61,749 nt of DNA, filler included, from Sphacelaria rigidula (GCA_964200075.2; 11 parts of 11 records of this genome joined end to end with filler, not necessarily neighbours in it); one strand, 5' to 3'; counted from the first letter of the whole stretch, positions 35,397-49,082 are shown. Numbers and translations: made by a program. Notes: generated by a model from the letters alone, not told the origin.

Positions 35397-38300
35397 TTAT
35401 CGACGGAACGAAAGAAAAGAGGAACGAACGGGATCCGAACTCGGGAACCGGAGTGTCCTGTATCACTTGAATTACAGGGGCGCAGGGGTGTCACACACGT
35501 GCCAGGCTGGGCCCAATCTCGGGAGTTTCTGGCCCAACGTTGGCCATGATATCCTTGCACGCAAGGGCGTGCAACGTTTTTATGAGTGGGAATGCCGTTT
35601 TTCGTTTTTGTCACGGACTTGTGTCATTTTTCCTGTTTTTCCTGAAATTTTCGGTTGCTCCAATTTTTTTGGCATGGCAAGAAATGTCGCGCGTGTTGAT
35701 GAAAATGTCGTCAATTTCAGCACCGCCGGACGCGGAAACATTCGAGAACTGCTGTCAGCTGGCCCAGCTCGCAGAATGGTGAACTTCTTGGGGAAAAGAA
35801 GTGTCTAATTTTGCACTTCAAGGTGGCTCTGCCGACTGTGCCGCGGGCTCGTGCGCTTGGATGGTGAAGGATGCATGTCACTGTGGAAGCAGGAGGCACT
35901 CAGTACCCGAAATCTATCGGGGAATGGTGATATATGAAGTTGACATTATGTGCTTCTGGCCCGGCAGTACAACGAGTAAGTACTACAGTACTGACTGTAC
36001 GATGCCAACCTCGCCTCGGCAAGGTCTGGAATACCCGCGATCCGTTCATGGAGATTGGAAATTGGAACCTGCACTCCGCCCCACTCTGGAATCAATCAAA
36101 ATGGAAGAAAAAACACTCCACGAATGGTCTGTCACAGTGATGTGAGAAAAACCTCAAGATATCCATGTGGAAGGGTTGCTGACAAGGACGTCGGGTTGGT
36201 CCGATGGAAAAAGACTGCAGCTACCACCCTTGTCTTCGTCAGACCATTATGGTCTCGGGAAGCCTTAATCTGGCACTGTGATCATAAAAGCGTTACACCC
36301 TTCCCTAATAGCTTCACAGTGATTCAGCAGATGAGACACTGTTCTGTTCGGCTCGGGTGTACGGCCACGTCTTCCAAGACACGCCGTATAAAACCCAAGG
36401 GCATGTGCCTCCAACATATGACAAACTTTGACCGGTGGTTGTTTCCGGTGCTACTGCCAGGGCCGACCGATAAGTGACCGACCTACACGACAACGCTGGT
36501 CAGTTCTGTGTTAGATCCACACAGATCTACATCTGCTCCTTCTAGAACTGTCACTGAACAGTGAGAAAATGTTTTAAAACAGCTTAGCATTGTGCATAAC
36601 CGTTCTTGCAAGCCACGTAGCGCACCAAGCGCCTTGGGTTGCCGAAACAGCTCCGTCAGCACCTACCTGCGGCACAAGGCGTCACATACGGGAAGTTTCA
36701 GCATCATCAGACACCGGGTGCGTTGTGTTTGAGCGCCCAACTTCCAAATTGCCGCCTCCATATTTTCGAAACGAGCATTGGTACGGTACTATTCTGTTCT
36801 GTACAGTTCTCTGTACTTCACCGTATCTACCACGACATGAATCAGTTTGTGCGTTGCAACGGCCTGGCGGCCCCAGATACCCATGTTTGAATGTGGGCGT
36901 TGTGTCTCGTTTCATAACGATCCCAAACCCCCCCAAAAGATCGTCGAACGAAAGACCACCCGTAAGACTGGGCGCTATGAAGATGAACTATTGAGGTACC
37001 ATGGCTTGCCAACAACCGGGAAATCTGTTCTAGGTGGTCGTTAGCTGCTATCCAGCCGTCATTGGAAATCACCAGTAGCCAACATTTTAGGCTCAACTCA
37101 ACAGATTTTTCTATCGAACAGAGAAGCGCGGTAGATTTGATTCGATCGAATTTGATAGTTATGCGCAATTGGGGTCCAAGCGAGTATGCAAGTTTCCGAT
37201 TGAAGAAAGGCTGGGGACGGTCAGCGGTACTTTTTCACTTGTGAACAGAACAGACTAAAATATTGTCTGTAGTATATGTGTTGTACAAAAAGGAGCGGTA
37301 AATGTGCAGTTTGAACAGCACAGGACTGCTTCCTGCATAGAGGGCGACGTCAGAGGGACTCAAACAACGTGCAGCTTTGTACTGCCTGCACTTATCATGA
37401 GCGTGTCCGCATGTCGGTCGCTCACCCTTGACCATTTCCGTCGCCGACCCCTCCCGTCAAAAATGCCTCCCACCAACAAAAAACACAACGCCAAAGGGGT
37501 GAAAGTGCCGTTTTCTGAGTATTGGAGTGTACGTATCTCTGTGCTCAACTTGTGCTCTGTGCTGCAAGGTTGCGGTGGCAGGGAGGATGAATGGTGCCGG
37601 GTTTCATTTTTCTGTGAACTGGTGTTATCTGGCGTGATGGTCTGTAAAGCTCAGAGTGAAGTGCCTTTTCCTGCCTTATCGCCGCATGTTTTCGGTCGAA
37701 ATAGCTACGCTTTAGCGTTTTTTGCCCTCCGGCCGCGTGGGTTTAGTTGTAAAAATACCTGAAGTCAGCTATGTTCACACGTGACATGGACCTTTCACAT
37801 CGAGTACATGTTTTTTGACGCACCTTTTCTTCTATGATCGGAAAAACGTGCGAAGACACGCCCGTACATGTAACATGTATAGGTGGGTCACAAAAGTGTA
37901 GTTGCACAGTACAGCTCAGGGATGATAATGGTGAAACTAGTGGCAGCCGTGCCACCTCCTGCCACCTGTTGGTGGGACATTTTCATGATGAGGGGAAAGT
38001 CTTCCCAACCATCTCATATAGGTCGACTTGGCTGCCAGCATGCTGCATGCCTGTGCAGCGACGATAGTGTGTATCGAGATAACTACATAGTTTATCCTAA
38101 CCATCGTGTCGTCTATGGATACTGTCATGTGCTGGCCAAAGAGGCCCAGACTGCCTGAGTGGAAAGCCAAAATACGCTTTTCATCACAAGACGAGATTTC
38201 GACAGCGTAGGTTATGTGGTTGAGGACGCGATTTCTTGCGTAAACGTTGAAAATGACAACGCTGGCCTCCGTTACCATTTCCCAACATCATAAGCCACCA

Positions 38301-38730
38301 CTTACGTAGGGGCGCTTTGCGCAGGAGACGAACTCCCCGCTACTCCGGCTCAATGCGCGTTGCATGTGTGTCCACCTGCGTTCGTGTTACGGAGTTGTTT
38401 GGCGGTGGAGTGAGAAATAGTTTCTCTATACCACGTAACCACAACACGCGCCGCGTGTATACATACACGCCACACCAAATATGCCAGGCTGTTCGGCTGT
38501 TCAGCAGAAGCTGTCTTGTCATCACACACATGTCTGCTATCGGCGCGCCATCACGGCCACTGTACTCTCACGCGAAAGAAATGGCTGATCAGGAATCCAC
38601 AAGAAGACAGTGACATGCGGCATATGCGTGGCAGCGACTTTTTCCATCACAAGGCTTTCTTTGTCCGGGGGACAGCCCGATTTTTTTTCAATCACGCCGT
38701 TTTCGGGAGATTCACCACCAAATTTCACCA

Positions 38731-38916
38731 CATCTGTTCCTGACGGTGAGCCCGAGGTCGTCCGTATGTGTGCCAACTGATGTCCGGTTCGAGTCGCCGT
38801 TTTCTTGGGATACTTGGCCATTTCTCGCGCAACGACCCCCTCAAAACCGATGAAACCTGCCAACAATTAGTTGACACTCACATATACGACCTCGGGCTCA
38901 CCGTTAGGAACACATG
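38731..38916. repeat. Hairpin with ~50-bp arms
   Basis: TGTTCCTGACGGTGAGCCCGAGGTCGT pairs with ACGACCTCGGGCTCACCGTTAGGAACA. Weaker pairing extends both inward and outward. Confidence 0.85.
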
Positions 38917-39439
38917 GATGGAATCTGGTGTCGTAATTCTTGAAAATGACCTGAGCAATTATGCAAATGCGAAGCAGTTTCGGGAGTGTGGGCCCCCCGG
39001 GCGGCTCGTGACTTGAGGACATCGATTGATTTGCTCGAAACTGCGAAAGAGTCGACACCGTCGATGTCAGGCTTGCATTCGTGTGAAATTTAGTCTTCAG
39101 ATCCTGAAACGGAAAACGGTGTGATGAAATAGAACAAGCATGGAATTATTCCGAAGAATAGGGATGCCCGGGTGCTCCCCCGATGATTAACCGTTTTGGG
39201 ACAGGGCCTCCAGAACGACCAATGAGGCTGGTCAGGAATGACGTGTCTGGCGTCTGCACGANNNNNNNNNNNNNNNNNNNNNNNNNNNNNNNNNNNNNNN
39301 NNNNNTTAATTAATTAANNNNNNNNNNNNNNNNNNNNNNNNNNNNNNNNNNNNNNNNNNNNAGAGAGAAATGCCACTTCAACCCCCATATTTTGTATGAA
39401 CCCCAAAATTTAAAATCGGTTGTTAATAATTTGTCCACT

Positions 39440-40075
39440 ATCCGTCAAGGTGCTGACCGTACTGCCCAGGCAACAGTCTTGAAGACGAAACCGTCCCTCA
39501 ATTGGACGGGTCCGTTCAAGATTCTCATCGTCGGTCCCTCGCCGACCCCTCCTGACGGCAAGCCTGTTGGCGACAAACTCCTCTACCTCGATTTATCTTG
39601 TGATCTCCAGGGGCACAACGCCAAATCTCGCGTCTCTGTGCATCGTTGCAAGCCCTGCACAAACCCGCATGACACCACGGACATGCCTCAATACCTGCCT
39701 GCAGGTCTCACCCAATACGTGCTCAACAGCTACTCAACAAAATCTCCCCCGTACCACGTTACCACCGATGACGTGACTGAACAGCCTCTCCGCTTGGCCG
39801 TGTCCCACGTTTTCGGCCACCAAATCACTCGAGGCCCTGGCGGCAAAATTACTGTCATGTACAAGACACACTGGCAAGGTCTTCGGCGTGCGTCTCGGGA
39901 ACGCGAGTCCGACCTTCAACTGCACCGTCGTGCTATCCTTTTCTATTGGACACAATCCCCACAGCAAAAGCTCGCTGACAACAAGGGAAATCGCAACATG
40001 GGACGCGGCGCCGCAGCCCGCGAACTCCACCGCGACAAAGGACTACGTTTTGTAGCCGGGCTGATGCCAAGATAG
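39440..40075 (+). mobile_element. Gypsy integrase C-terminal fragment (GPY/F region plus chromo-like domain)
   Basis: KPSLNWTGPFKIL...RVSVHRCKPC...GHQITRGPGGKITVMYKTHWQGL..RERESDL. Truncated at both ends. Confidence 0.78.
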
Positions 40076-42669
40076 CCCCCCGAACAGTGCACCGGAGACC
40101 GTCCGATAAAGCCGCTGCGATCCCACTATTGGGTTCGTTTGCAGCAATATCGCTCACATGAGCGGCGTGTAGCAGTCCGAAATCTGCTATAACTCCCAAA
40201 TGAGTCGCGTCGTGCAGCACGAAACCAGCTCTAACGGCATTTATGATCATCGCATCCGTGCACTTTCTTGGCCGGTTCGTGGGGGGGGCTATCTCGGCAG
40301 CAGTCGCCGATGGTTACGAACTCGTAACCGCCAAACAATGGGACGAATGACCCCGCACTTAAACACAGCGTCTAAATACTGGGACTTACAGCTGTGTGCG
40401 GAGAACTACCAAGAGCAGTCATTGAAAAATTATATCGTCACGTTCACCATGCAGCATGGTCAATGCTCTCGCTATTTCACGTCCCGCCCGGCAAGGGGGG
40501 TACAGAAAAGGGACAGACAAGGCTCCTTTATACTCGAGCCCCGCTGTGTGAAAGCTCAACACGTTGATTCACATTTGGCGCACGATTGTATTAGCGGCAC
40601 GTCGCTATTTCGCTGGTGTCTACCCCTTGACCTTCACGAATGGGTTACAGGTCGTCGATAAGCTCTCCTGGGACATATGTAGAACGTCAGAGCGAGCTAG
40701 TGGGGAAGATTTCTTCGAATTCCCGACGATCTTAGGGGCAAAAAGGTGTTGGAAGTATCTGAACTGACAAAATGCGGAAACGGCCGACATCAGCGAGTAT
40801 GCAATACTAAGAAAAGAGACAACGAAAAGGAAAGTCATATATTCAACAGCTCCCATGAGATCCATTTACTTAATTTCATCGGGGTGGCTTGAGTGGCTCC
40901 CGAATTACGTCGAACATGCAATGTAAAAGACATGCATCATTCCAAAAAGCGTGAAGGACAATGATCGCCAGGACTTGCGCGCATCGCAAAATTTCATCTG
41001 GGGTGTACGAGTTCGTGTGCGCATCAAACCGACGAAACATCAGAACGCATTTCCCAGTCCCGAAACTACACTCGATAAAAAACACGTCAGACGCTCACAT
41101 TGGACTACTACTGTCACACGGCGGTACTCTTCTGAATCTCATCGTCACCCATGACGACCGAATACTTCGTATTTCAAATCATAGTCGTACGATAGCACCG
41201 TATCGTTTTCCTTCTCTAGATACATGACCGCAATTTCCGCTCTACTTACCCCTCGCTACTACACAAACACGAGAAACACGCAAGTTCGATGCCCAAATAA
41301 CACATGACAAACCACCTTGTATACATCATGAAAGCTAAACCGGATCACAATACCAGCATCCCAAGAAACACTCGAATCGCTACACGCCACTGCACCGGTC
41401 GAAGCTTAAAAACGCGAGTGAACCACGGAAAACGCCCCGACAAAACCAGAGAAGATACTCATGCCTTCATTTGCACTCGCCCGCGAAGCTAAGAAGCGTA
41501 AAAGCCAATCAAGACGTCACTGATCACTCAAGGTATGGAATGCACAAGTGTGTGATTCAGTTTGTAAGTTTGACGGGATCGGAACGAGGAAAATCAGCGT
41601 CTTTCACGTGGCAACAGTAGATGGAACAACACCGGAAGGGAAAAAGACAAACCGTTACCAAGGCGGCAACACGTTCGCGACGGAGTCTGGGGCGGACGGA
41701 AAGCAACAATTCATGGCGAATGCTAGAAGGCGATTAAAAAAAATATACTACACAATAAAATTATTGAAAAGTACACAGCACAGCATCCCCCCGAGCGACC
41801 CCAAAGCTGGCCGTCGCCCTAAATGGCATCTCCATCAGTAGAGATGTACACCCAGCAGGCCGAAAATGTGACACCGCATACAGCTTCCCCTCTCATGGCG
41901 TGAGCCGTTAGGGGCAGACGCGACTATACCCCATTAAGCGAGATTGACTTGCGTGTGGACGACAATCCGCACGCTTTAACGCACGGTCTCCGCGGTCCCA
42001 AAACACTACCTGGGACCGGACACCATCACCTACACGCGTGTTTTCAACAACCTGTTAAAATCCTAGTACCAACGTAACTACTGTAAAGATGCCGTGATCA
42101 ATATATATATGTATATTCAAGTGAAACTCCCAACAAGAGAATGACCAGCTGATCTGTGGAATGATTACAGGCGGAGGTCAAGTTTTCGCGGTATGCTTCC
42201 GTATTATGTCGATGTACACTCACTACTTAAACTCGCATAAAGATAAAACACCTTGGGCCGGTACATTGCTCAGAGCTCTTCTATGGGCTCCAGAGACGTC
42301 GCGCAGCCTCCAACGAAGAAAAACACACACACACAACCGCGACACGTTCAATCGTGTGATCTACCCCCACGACTCCCTAATGTTGCACACAAAATCGCAC
42401 CCATCAAAAATGCACAACACAAAACATTTGCACAGCATAGTTGATCAAATGAATGAACGGCACCCCGCCATCATCCCAGCCCCCAGCGCGAGCGCGCCAC
42501 CTTCCATCCCTAGGCTGTGACACGCTACCGCGGCGTTTCTCCGTCACACAATTCCGATAGCCTGAGGCTTGCTCTCCGTGTCAAATGGTTCTTCAGTATC
42601 CGTGCGGTTCTCAGGGCGGTTGACCCCGACATGAGCGAACATGCACCTGAGATAGCTGGTATCAACATT

Positions 42670-44207
42670 TCAGACACATGCCCTCCCTGAATCAGCGTAC
42701 GGCGGTATCACCCCACCCGGGGAAGTCTCAGTTGACGCGGAAGCGTCCACCGCATACTTCCCCACCCCCAAGGCCTGCTCGGTATCCCTGACTTTCTTCT
42801 TCCGCCTGGCGCGCTGTTTGATCGTGACAGCGACCGCAGACGCAATGCAGAAAATCAATGCGGCGGGTATCATGAGCGCTGCCACAACATTGACGGCATT
42901 ACCCGATGATTCATCGGCTGTAGAGGCAGCAACGACAGCAATATTGTCAGTGTCTGCACTGCTACTGTTTTCAGTGTAGCTTGTCTTCGACTCTTCGAGC
43001 TCATCCACCAGGTCAATTATGCACTGTGAGTCCCACGTAGTGACTCCCGCCGGCGGAGGCCCGTCGTTGACTTCGTCGTACATCGGGAGCCAGCAGGGTG
43101 GCGTGTCGGCATCTGTCGAGACCTTGCCAAATAGATACACGGTCCCCGGGGTGATCGACCAGAAGTAGTAGATGATGTGGCCAGTACAGGGCTCGGGGCA
43201 CGAGTCCGGGTCTACCTCAGATGCCGGTACTGCGGAGAGGGGCGAGGGTAACAACGGGATAGAGTGGAGCTATTATGGGGTTGTGGTGTGTGTCCATGAC
43301 AGGAAATATGTGTCGTTGGTGGAAGTTGAAAAACCCGGGGCGCGTATCGGAAAGCATTAGCAAGCGAAAGGGGGACAGCGAAGGAATAGAAGATGAAAGT
43401 TCGAGGCAAATGCTCGTTCTCTTCTTCCTCTGTGCTATGCCGTGAACAAAAGTGATGTATTGCGTGTTTATCTACGATTTCGGGGTTGCTGTAGACGCCG
43501 CGATACTAACGGCCTTGAACAAGAGGCCGAGACGGCGGGGTCCTTCGGGGACACTCATCATGTAGAACCCTTGCAGAGGAGAAGTACTTGGGTGGTGAGC
43601 GAATATGCTGGAAGGTGGTACGTACCCGAAAAGAAGTAGTGGAAAGAGTCATCATCGTCTTTGCGTGCAGCTGTGAAGACAGTTGATGTCCCGACGACAG
43701 ACTCCGCGGTGGGCTCGAATGACACGATGCCCTCCAGGTCGGTGTAGGTCGGCTCCAAAATATCCCAGTTAAGCACCTGTACATCGCGGTTCATGTTGGG
43801 CAGATACATCGGTTTGCTTGTGTTCTGAATGGATCAAGCGTACTATTTGATGCTCGTAGACTTCAATTTGTTGTATAAAGAAGGTAATTTTCCCGCTGAA
43901 ATACCTTACATCTTTACCAGAAGGAGAAATCAATACCCACACCAAAACAGAGGACACCAGTGCTAACCAACACGATAGTGCTCGCTCACCCAGCGATATC
44001 ACAAAAAAACTGACGAAGTCAGCCACTCTCCGCGAGCAACAAGCAGTTTACAGTCCTCACCTTTTCTGACGTCAAAAATCCGTCTGCAGAGTCCTCCCCT
44101 GCCTCGCCTTTTTCGAACGTTATGCCATAGTGCTCGTTCATGCACCTAAACTCAGGGAGGTTGCCCTCCATGTAATCTGCCATGTACTCCGTGTCCTCGA
44201 ACGTCAC
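42670..44207 (-). CDS. Type I single-pass membrane protein of unknown function, 3' part: exons 44061-44207, 43626-43824, 42670-43229
   Basis: GT-AG phases (0, 0, 1) join in frame. Cys/aromatic-rich ectodomain, Ser/Thr stalk, hydrophobic VVAALMIPAALIFCIASAVAVTI, basic KQRARRKKK, short tail and stop. Confidence 0.72.
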
Positions 44208-46626
44208 CTGAAAATTGAGTTTGTTGCGGGCCAAAGAATACAGGTATGATATGACTAGTATAAGAAGAGCGGACCCCAGTGTGTTCTAAATAAATCGTGT
44301 CTCTAGATTGCTTACTACGTGTCGATGGTGACCGCTGCCAACCCCGCGCCTCGACTCCACACCTTCAGCAACGGAGCATGGGCTCACGGCGCACTTGGAT
44401 CAATCATGGTCCGCAGACGCCAGATTTGCCCTACCCTGGCGGTACTGATATACGACGGCGCTCAAATCAACAATACCTGAGCTAAGCCTGCGTTTCGACT
44501 AGTTCGTAACTTGGTACTTCTGCATTCGCAACATTCGCATCAGTTCGACAGCATGCTCTGCGTCAAGCGTGGAATTCCACTCCAAGCCGGCAAGTCTCCC
44601 GTCTAACCTCGCAGCCTGTCCCTGTCTTCATCTCTTTCACTCTATGCGTCGTGATGACTCACCGTTACAGTCCCCAGCCATAAACGGTCTGACCAACTAT
44701 TGCGCAGTGGCGGAACTTCAAGCTCGGAGCTAGCAGATATGACGGCTTGATCCTGCAGCAATCGGTCGTACGTTCTCTGGTGGTTTGGGATAATAACGGC
44801 CGAGAAAAAGGGGAGGGGGGGGGGGCGTACTCATTTGTTGCTTGCCTTAGTCGTTTGACCATTGACCATGCATCCCTTTCGAGANNNNNNNNNNNNNNNN
44901 NNNNNNNNNNNNNNNNNNNNNNNNNNNNTTAATTAATTAANNNNNNNNNNNNNNNNNNNNNNNNNNNNNNNNNNNNNNNNNNNNCCTACAATGTCCCCTA
45001 GCTCGACTCTTAGTACGAGTCACCCTACCCATTCGGGCGTCGGTCGTCGGTCCTCGACATTATGTCTAGTTCAGGGGCTCCTAACGATTCAAGATGCCAA
45101 AAAATATGGGTCAGGACATCCCCGTTTGCGAATTCATTCGGGATATCCCTAGCACTAGTAATCCTGGCGTACTCTCACATATGTTCATAGGTTGCATTTT
45201 GCATGAGATAAAGGGCTCCTAACAATTCAAACCTCAGGAAATATTGGTGCACCCCTACCGTAGCATCACTCCGCACCTGCAGTCAGTAGCAGTAATTGCA
45301 AGTTGTCTATCCAATATGAATATGCTTTATTTAGGGTGTACATGTGTGTCATACTCTGGGTAAGCCCGTAGTCGACAGTTGTATATATGTACAGATATTT
45401 TTCTTCCAGGAACGATATAAAGTCGTCATTTTTGGAGGTATATATGGACCATATCTACGTATTATACTTCCTCTGTCACATAGGTAAGGACCGAATTTCG
45501 GCGCAGATCGTATCTTTTCAACGGAGGCGCGTACGATGCTGTAATTAGTTTCACCAGAAAGATATCTTTTACAGCTAACTGATGCAAAAAGAAAAAACAT
45601 GATTTGCGATTTCACTACATCTCAAAGTATCGGCCAAAAAGTCCCCAAAATTGGCCAATTTCGGCTACATATTGACAATGTTTTTGAGAACGTTTTTGAG
45701 AATTTGGTGTAGAGCACACCGGGGTATCCGCGCGGCAGAGGGCGGGAACGTTGGAAAGGAAAGTCAAGTACGACAAGGAGGCCTTCACAAAGGCTTGGGA
45801 CTATCTTGCATCAAGCACGAGTGATGGAGAGGATGATTAACGATTTATTTTTTTCCATGTTTTTTTCCTTTTTCGGCACTTGGTCGAAAAGGGGTAAAAA
45901 ACGGCCTTTTGACTTCTTTTTTTCTGGCCTCTACTCCACCTGGAGTGATGCGAAGTGAAAAAAAACACATTGTGTTTGACTAAAAAAACGCCAAGGAATT
46001 CAATGAAAGAAACGAAAACAGCATCGGAGACCGTTAAGGACGTCTGTGAAAAATTCGGTCCTAACTTATGTGACAAAGGAAGTATACTGTACTGTAGCCG
46101 GACGTAATATTTTGACAACGATTGTACGTGTGCAAATCAACCTTTTTTTTGTAGTATCATTTTTATTTTTTATAGTTTCGTATTCTTCTTTACTTCATTC
46201 TCCCTATATTTTTGTCAAGATTATCAACATTTTCCTTCCGCCATACAATTATCTCCAATATATATATATACATATGTTATTGTGCGTGTACAAATCAAAA
46301 TCGTTGTATTAGCCCCCAAGTTTTTGTGTTTTTTCACTGTAATTCTTTATGATTTGCGTTTATTTCTTTTTCCCACCGTGTATAGGGATTTCAAACACTT
46401 TTTTCTCCGCCATATAAGCAGCCATACACGTAAATGTCATTGTGAGTGTACAAATTAAGTTCGTTGTATTAGTCCCCGAGATTTCTGTGCTTTTTTTTGT
46501 AATTCAGTACTTTTATCTTCTTTCCTACTGTGGTTGTATCAGGATTCTAAATATTTTCTATCCGCAATACAAGTATCTCATATATATATATATATATATA
46601 TATGTGCATGTCGCTCTTGAAAAAAG

Positions 46627-48432
46627 GTGGAAACGTTGGTCGTGGATGAGGCCGACCTGGTTCTGTCGTTCGGCTATTCGGACGATATTCGATCGGTGAC
46701 GGCGTGCCTGCCCAAGATTTGTCAGGGGTTCCTGATGTCGGCCACGCTCAGCCCGGAGCTGGAGGACCTCAAGCGCGTCGTCTTGCACAGGTGAATCGAT
46801 CAAGAAATTGGTTGGTCGCTGGGTTGGTCTCTTGGTCGGTCGCTTCGTTCGTTTGTTGGTTGATTGACTACCGTCGGCCCGGAGGTACTGTGGAGGGAAG
46901 GACCTCAGGCGCGTGTGTTGCACACGTGATGACTTCGATGAAAGGAGTGATGAATCGGCTGCATCATGTCCCAAGCGATGATATCATGACTGGGCTCTGC
47001 TTCTTCTTTTTTTCTTGTTCCTTTTTTTTTCTTCTTGTCGGGGTCGGGGGGGTGGGAGGTTGTTCTTTTTTCTGGTGATTCTTCGATGGTGAGAGGGGAA
47101 GGGCGTTCGTTGTATTGTTCACATGCACATCCTTATGTGCACATGTACCAAGTACTTGGATAGATATTGTAGCGAACATGTACGGCGTCCTCCTCACAGC
47201 ACCGGAAACCATCCGATAGGGGCCTGCCGTTGTTGTTGTTGCTGTGGCTGCTGTTGTTCTCGTTCCTACATTCACTCTGTTGTCCTCTGCTCTTTCTTTT
47301 TTTTCATATTTACCCGTTTGTTTGTTTGTTTGTTCGTTGTTTCTTTAGTCTACCCTGTTTTGTCTGTTTCACCCGTCTGTTTCCTTCACTTTCCTTCAGG
47401 GAGTGTTTATATTTTGTTCCATCTCAGGTAAGTCTATCATGTAACCACGGCTGGGTCCCTCGGGTACCCGTTCATGTGCGATAATCAATCAGTAAATCAT
47501 TTAATCAATCAATCAAATGAGTTTTTGCGGCGACTCTCCGGGTCATTCACGCACGGCACACGGTCGCTCTTGCGAGGATCGGACGAATCATCGCTGGTTC
47601 GAATGACCAAATCAACGATTTCCCAAGGCCTGATGGCTCGAGAGAGGGAGGTAGAGGACAACACAAAGTTGATCGCGGGTCAAAAAGGCGCCTACATTAG
47701 GCAAATATTGCGCTATTCCACGTGTGTAGGGTTCGCGTGCGCGAGATGCGCGTACCTGAGGTGCAGTGAAACGCTGAAATCAAAACCCAAGGATTGGTTG
47801 ATTCGTACGAGATTAAATCAGTTACACTAGAAGCAAGCAATTTTCAGACGAACAATCGAACCATTATCTGTCCCCGACTCTCGCTCTCTTGTGACGCCGT
47901 CTGGATTTGTCGCGGAGAGCTTAGTTTGCCACTTGGTGGATACAGAACTTTCTCGGAAATTTGTTATTTCGAAGAATTCTAACCCTCATCCTCATCCTCA
48001 CCCTCACCCCAACGAAGGTATACCGAGAACCCTCGGGCAACGGGGGGTGCAAAGTGTTCCCTAGGAAAAGTGGGCGTTTCCAGCCCTCATATCGGCGCCT
48101 GCGGCGTCGATTTGGGCGAAAACGCGTTCTGCGTACGCCAGGAGCACAGCCCCCATTAAAGATCCGGATTTCGGTGTCCACACTATAGAATTTTCCATAC
48201 CTACCAAGTGGTGAACTCTACTGGTCGCGGATCAGTGAGTGTGCGAAAATCCGTCAATCAACCGACCAACTAGTCAATCAAACTATCTGCCATTTTCCAC
48301 GACAGCCCTGCGGTGCTCAAGCTGGAGGAGGGGACAAGAGACGGCCGGTTGACACAATTCTACTTGCCCGTGCAGCACAGGGACGACAAATTCCTCGTCG
48401 TGTTCGCGTTCATCAAGCTGGGTCTGCTCGAG
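46627..48432 (+). CDS. DDX56: DEAD-box RNA helicase DDX56/Dbp9, partial: exons 46627-46790 and 48306-48432
   Basis: VETLVVDEADLVLSFGYSDDIRSVTACLPKICQGFLMSATLSPELEDLKRVVLHS-PAVLKLEEG...LTQFY...DKFLVVFAFIKLGLL. DEAD and SAT motifs plus the Dbp9-typical SFGY and KLGL. Confidence 0.9.
47230..47517 (+). mobile_element. Non-LTR 3'-end copy of the (AATC)n-tail family in the DDX56 intron
   Basis: T-rich body, ATCATGTAACCACGGCTGGGTCCC...ATGTGCGATAATCAATC. Confidence 0.72.
47927..48215. mobile_element. MITE-like element with internal (CCTCAN)n hexamers
   Basis: CCACTTGGTGGATAC and ATACCTACCAAGTGG form imperfect inverted ends. Confidence 0.5.
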
Positions 48433-48879
48433 GTTCGGCACTGTACAGTACGGAGAGTACCTGCTGTAGATGACGCTATATACCACCCCCACCGTCGAGC
48501 CGCCGCACCTCGATTTGTGCCCGGCTGACGACATCGCCCTCCTTTTTTCTATTTGTTTTCCTTTCTCCCTTCCACATTTTCTCGTATTTTCTTGTGTTTC
48601 GTTATTGATATTGGTTCGGTTCGGTTCGGTTTGGTTTGGTTTGGTTGGGGTGAGAGAGAGAGTTTGTTTAGTTTTATTTTGTCCTGTCCTATCCTGTTCT
48701 GCCGTGTGTTGTCCGTTACGTTTCCCTTTTTGTACGCTCGTCTTGTTCTTGGTCCTATGATTCTTCGGTCCTCTTGGCCCTTTTACTCGCGTCATCTTAC
48801 CGTGGCTCGTCTTGTCTTGCACTGTCCTAGCGTGTTCGGACTGATACCGCAATAGAACCCCCCCTCTCCCCCCCCGCCC

Positions 48880-49082
48880 GAACCAGCCCCAACTACTGTC
48901 ACGAAGAGAGTGGTCAAATAACGCATGACAGCTGGCTTCAGGCTGCATGGAGCGCCTCCTATGGATAACATTGGCAAAAACGATCCCAAGCAAGGGAGTC
49001 CCCAGCTGCTGGGTGTGCTCGGTTTGTCATCTTGATTTTTACGTACATTATACCTCCTCAATCCAGCCACTCTTCTGGAGGG
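48880..49082 (+). repeat. Dispersed ~200-bp repeat bounded by C- and G-runs (module B)
   Basis: Reverse-complement homologue at ~60815-61015. Confidence 0.8.

Noticed and set aside
40564..40830. Polinton-type DNA polymerase B remnant (FPTILGAKR...QNAE...YAIL)
   Set aside because: Only a vague motif resemblance with stops and no other Polinton features.
43510..43569. Extra small exon in the membrane-protein gene
   Set aside because: Its phase-0 donor does not fit the phase-1 acceptor at 43229, while direct splicing from 43626 keeps the frame.
17569..48432. Ribosome-biogenesis gene cluster (NOG1, Trf4-like, DDX56)
   Set aside because: The genes lie on different contigs that were joined only by size order.
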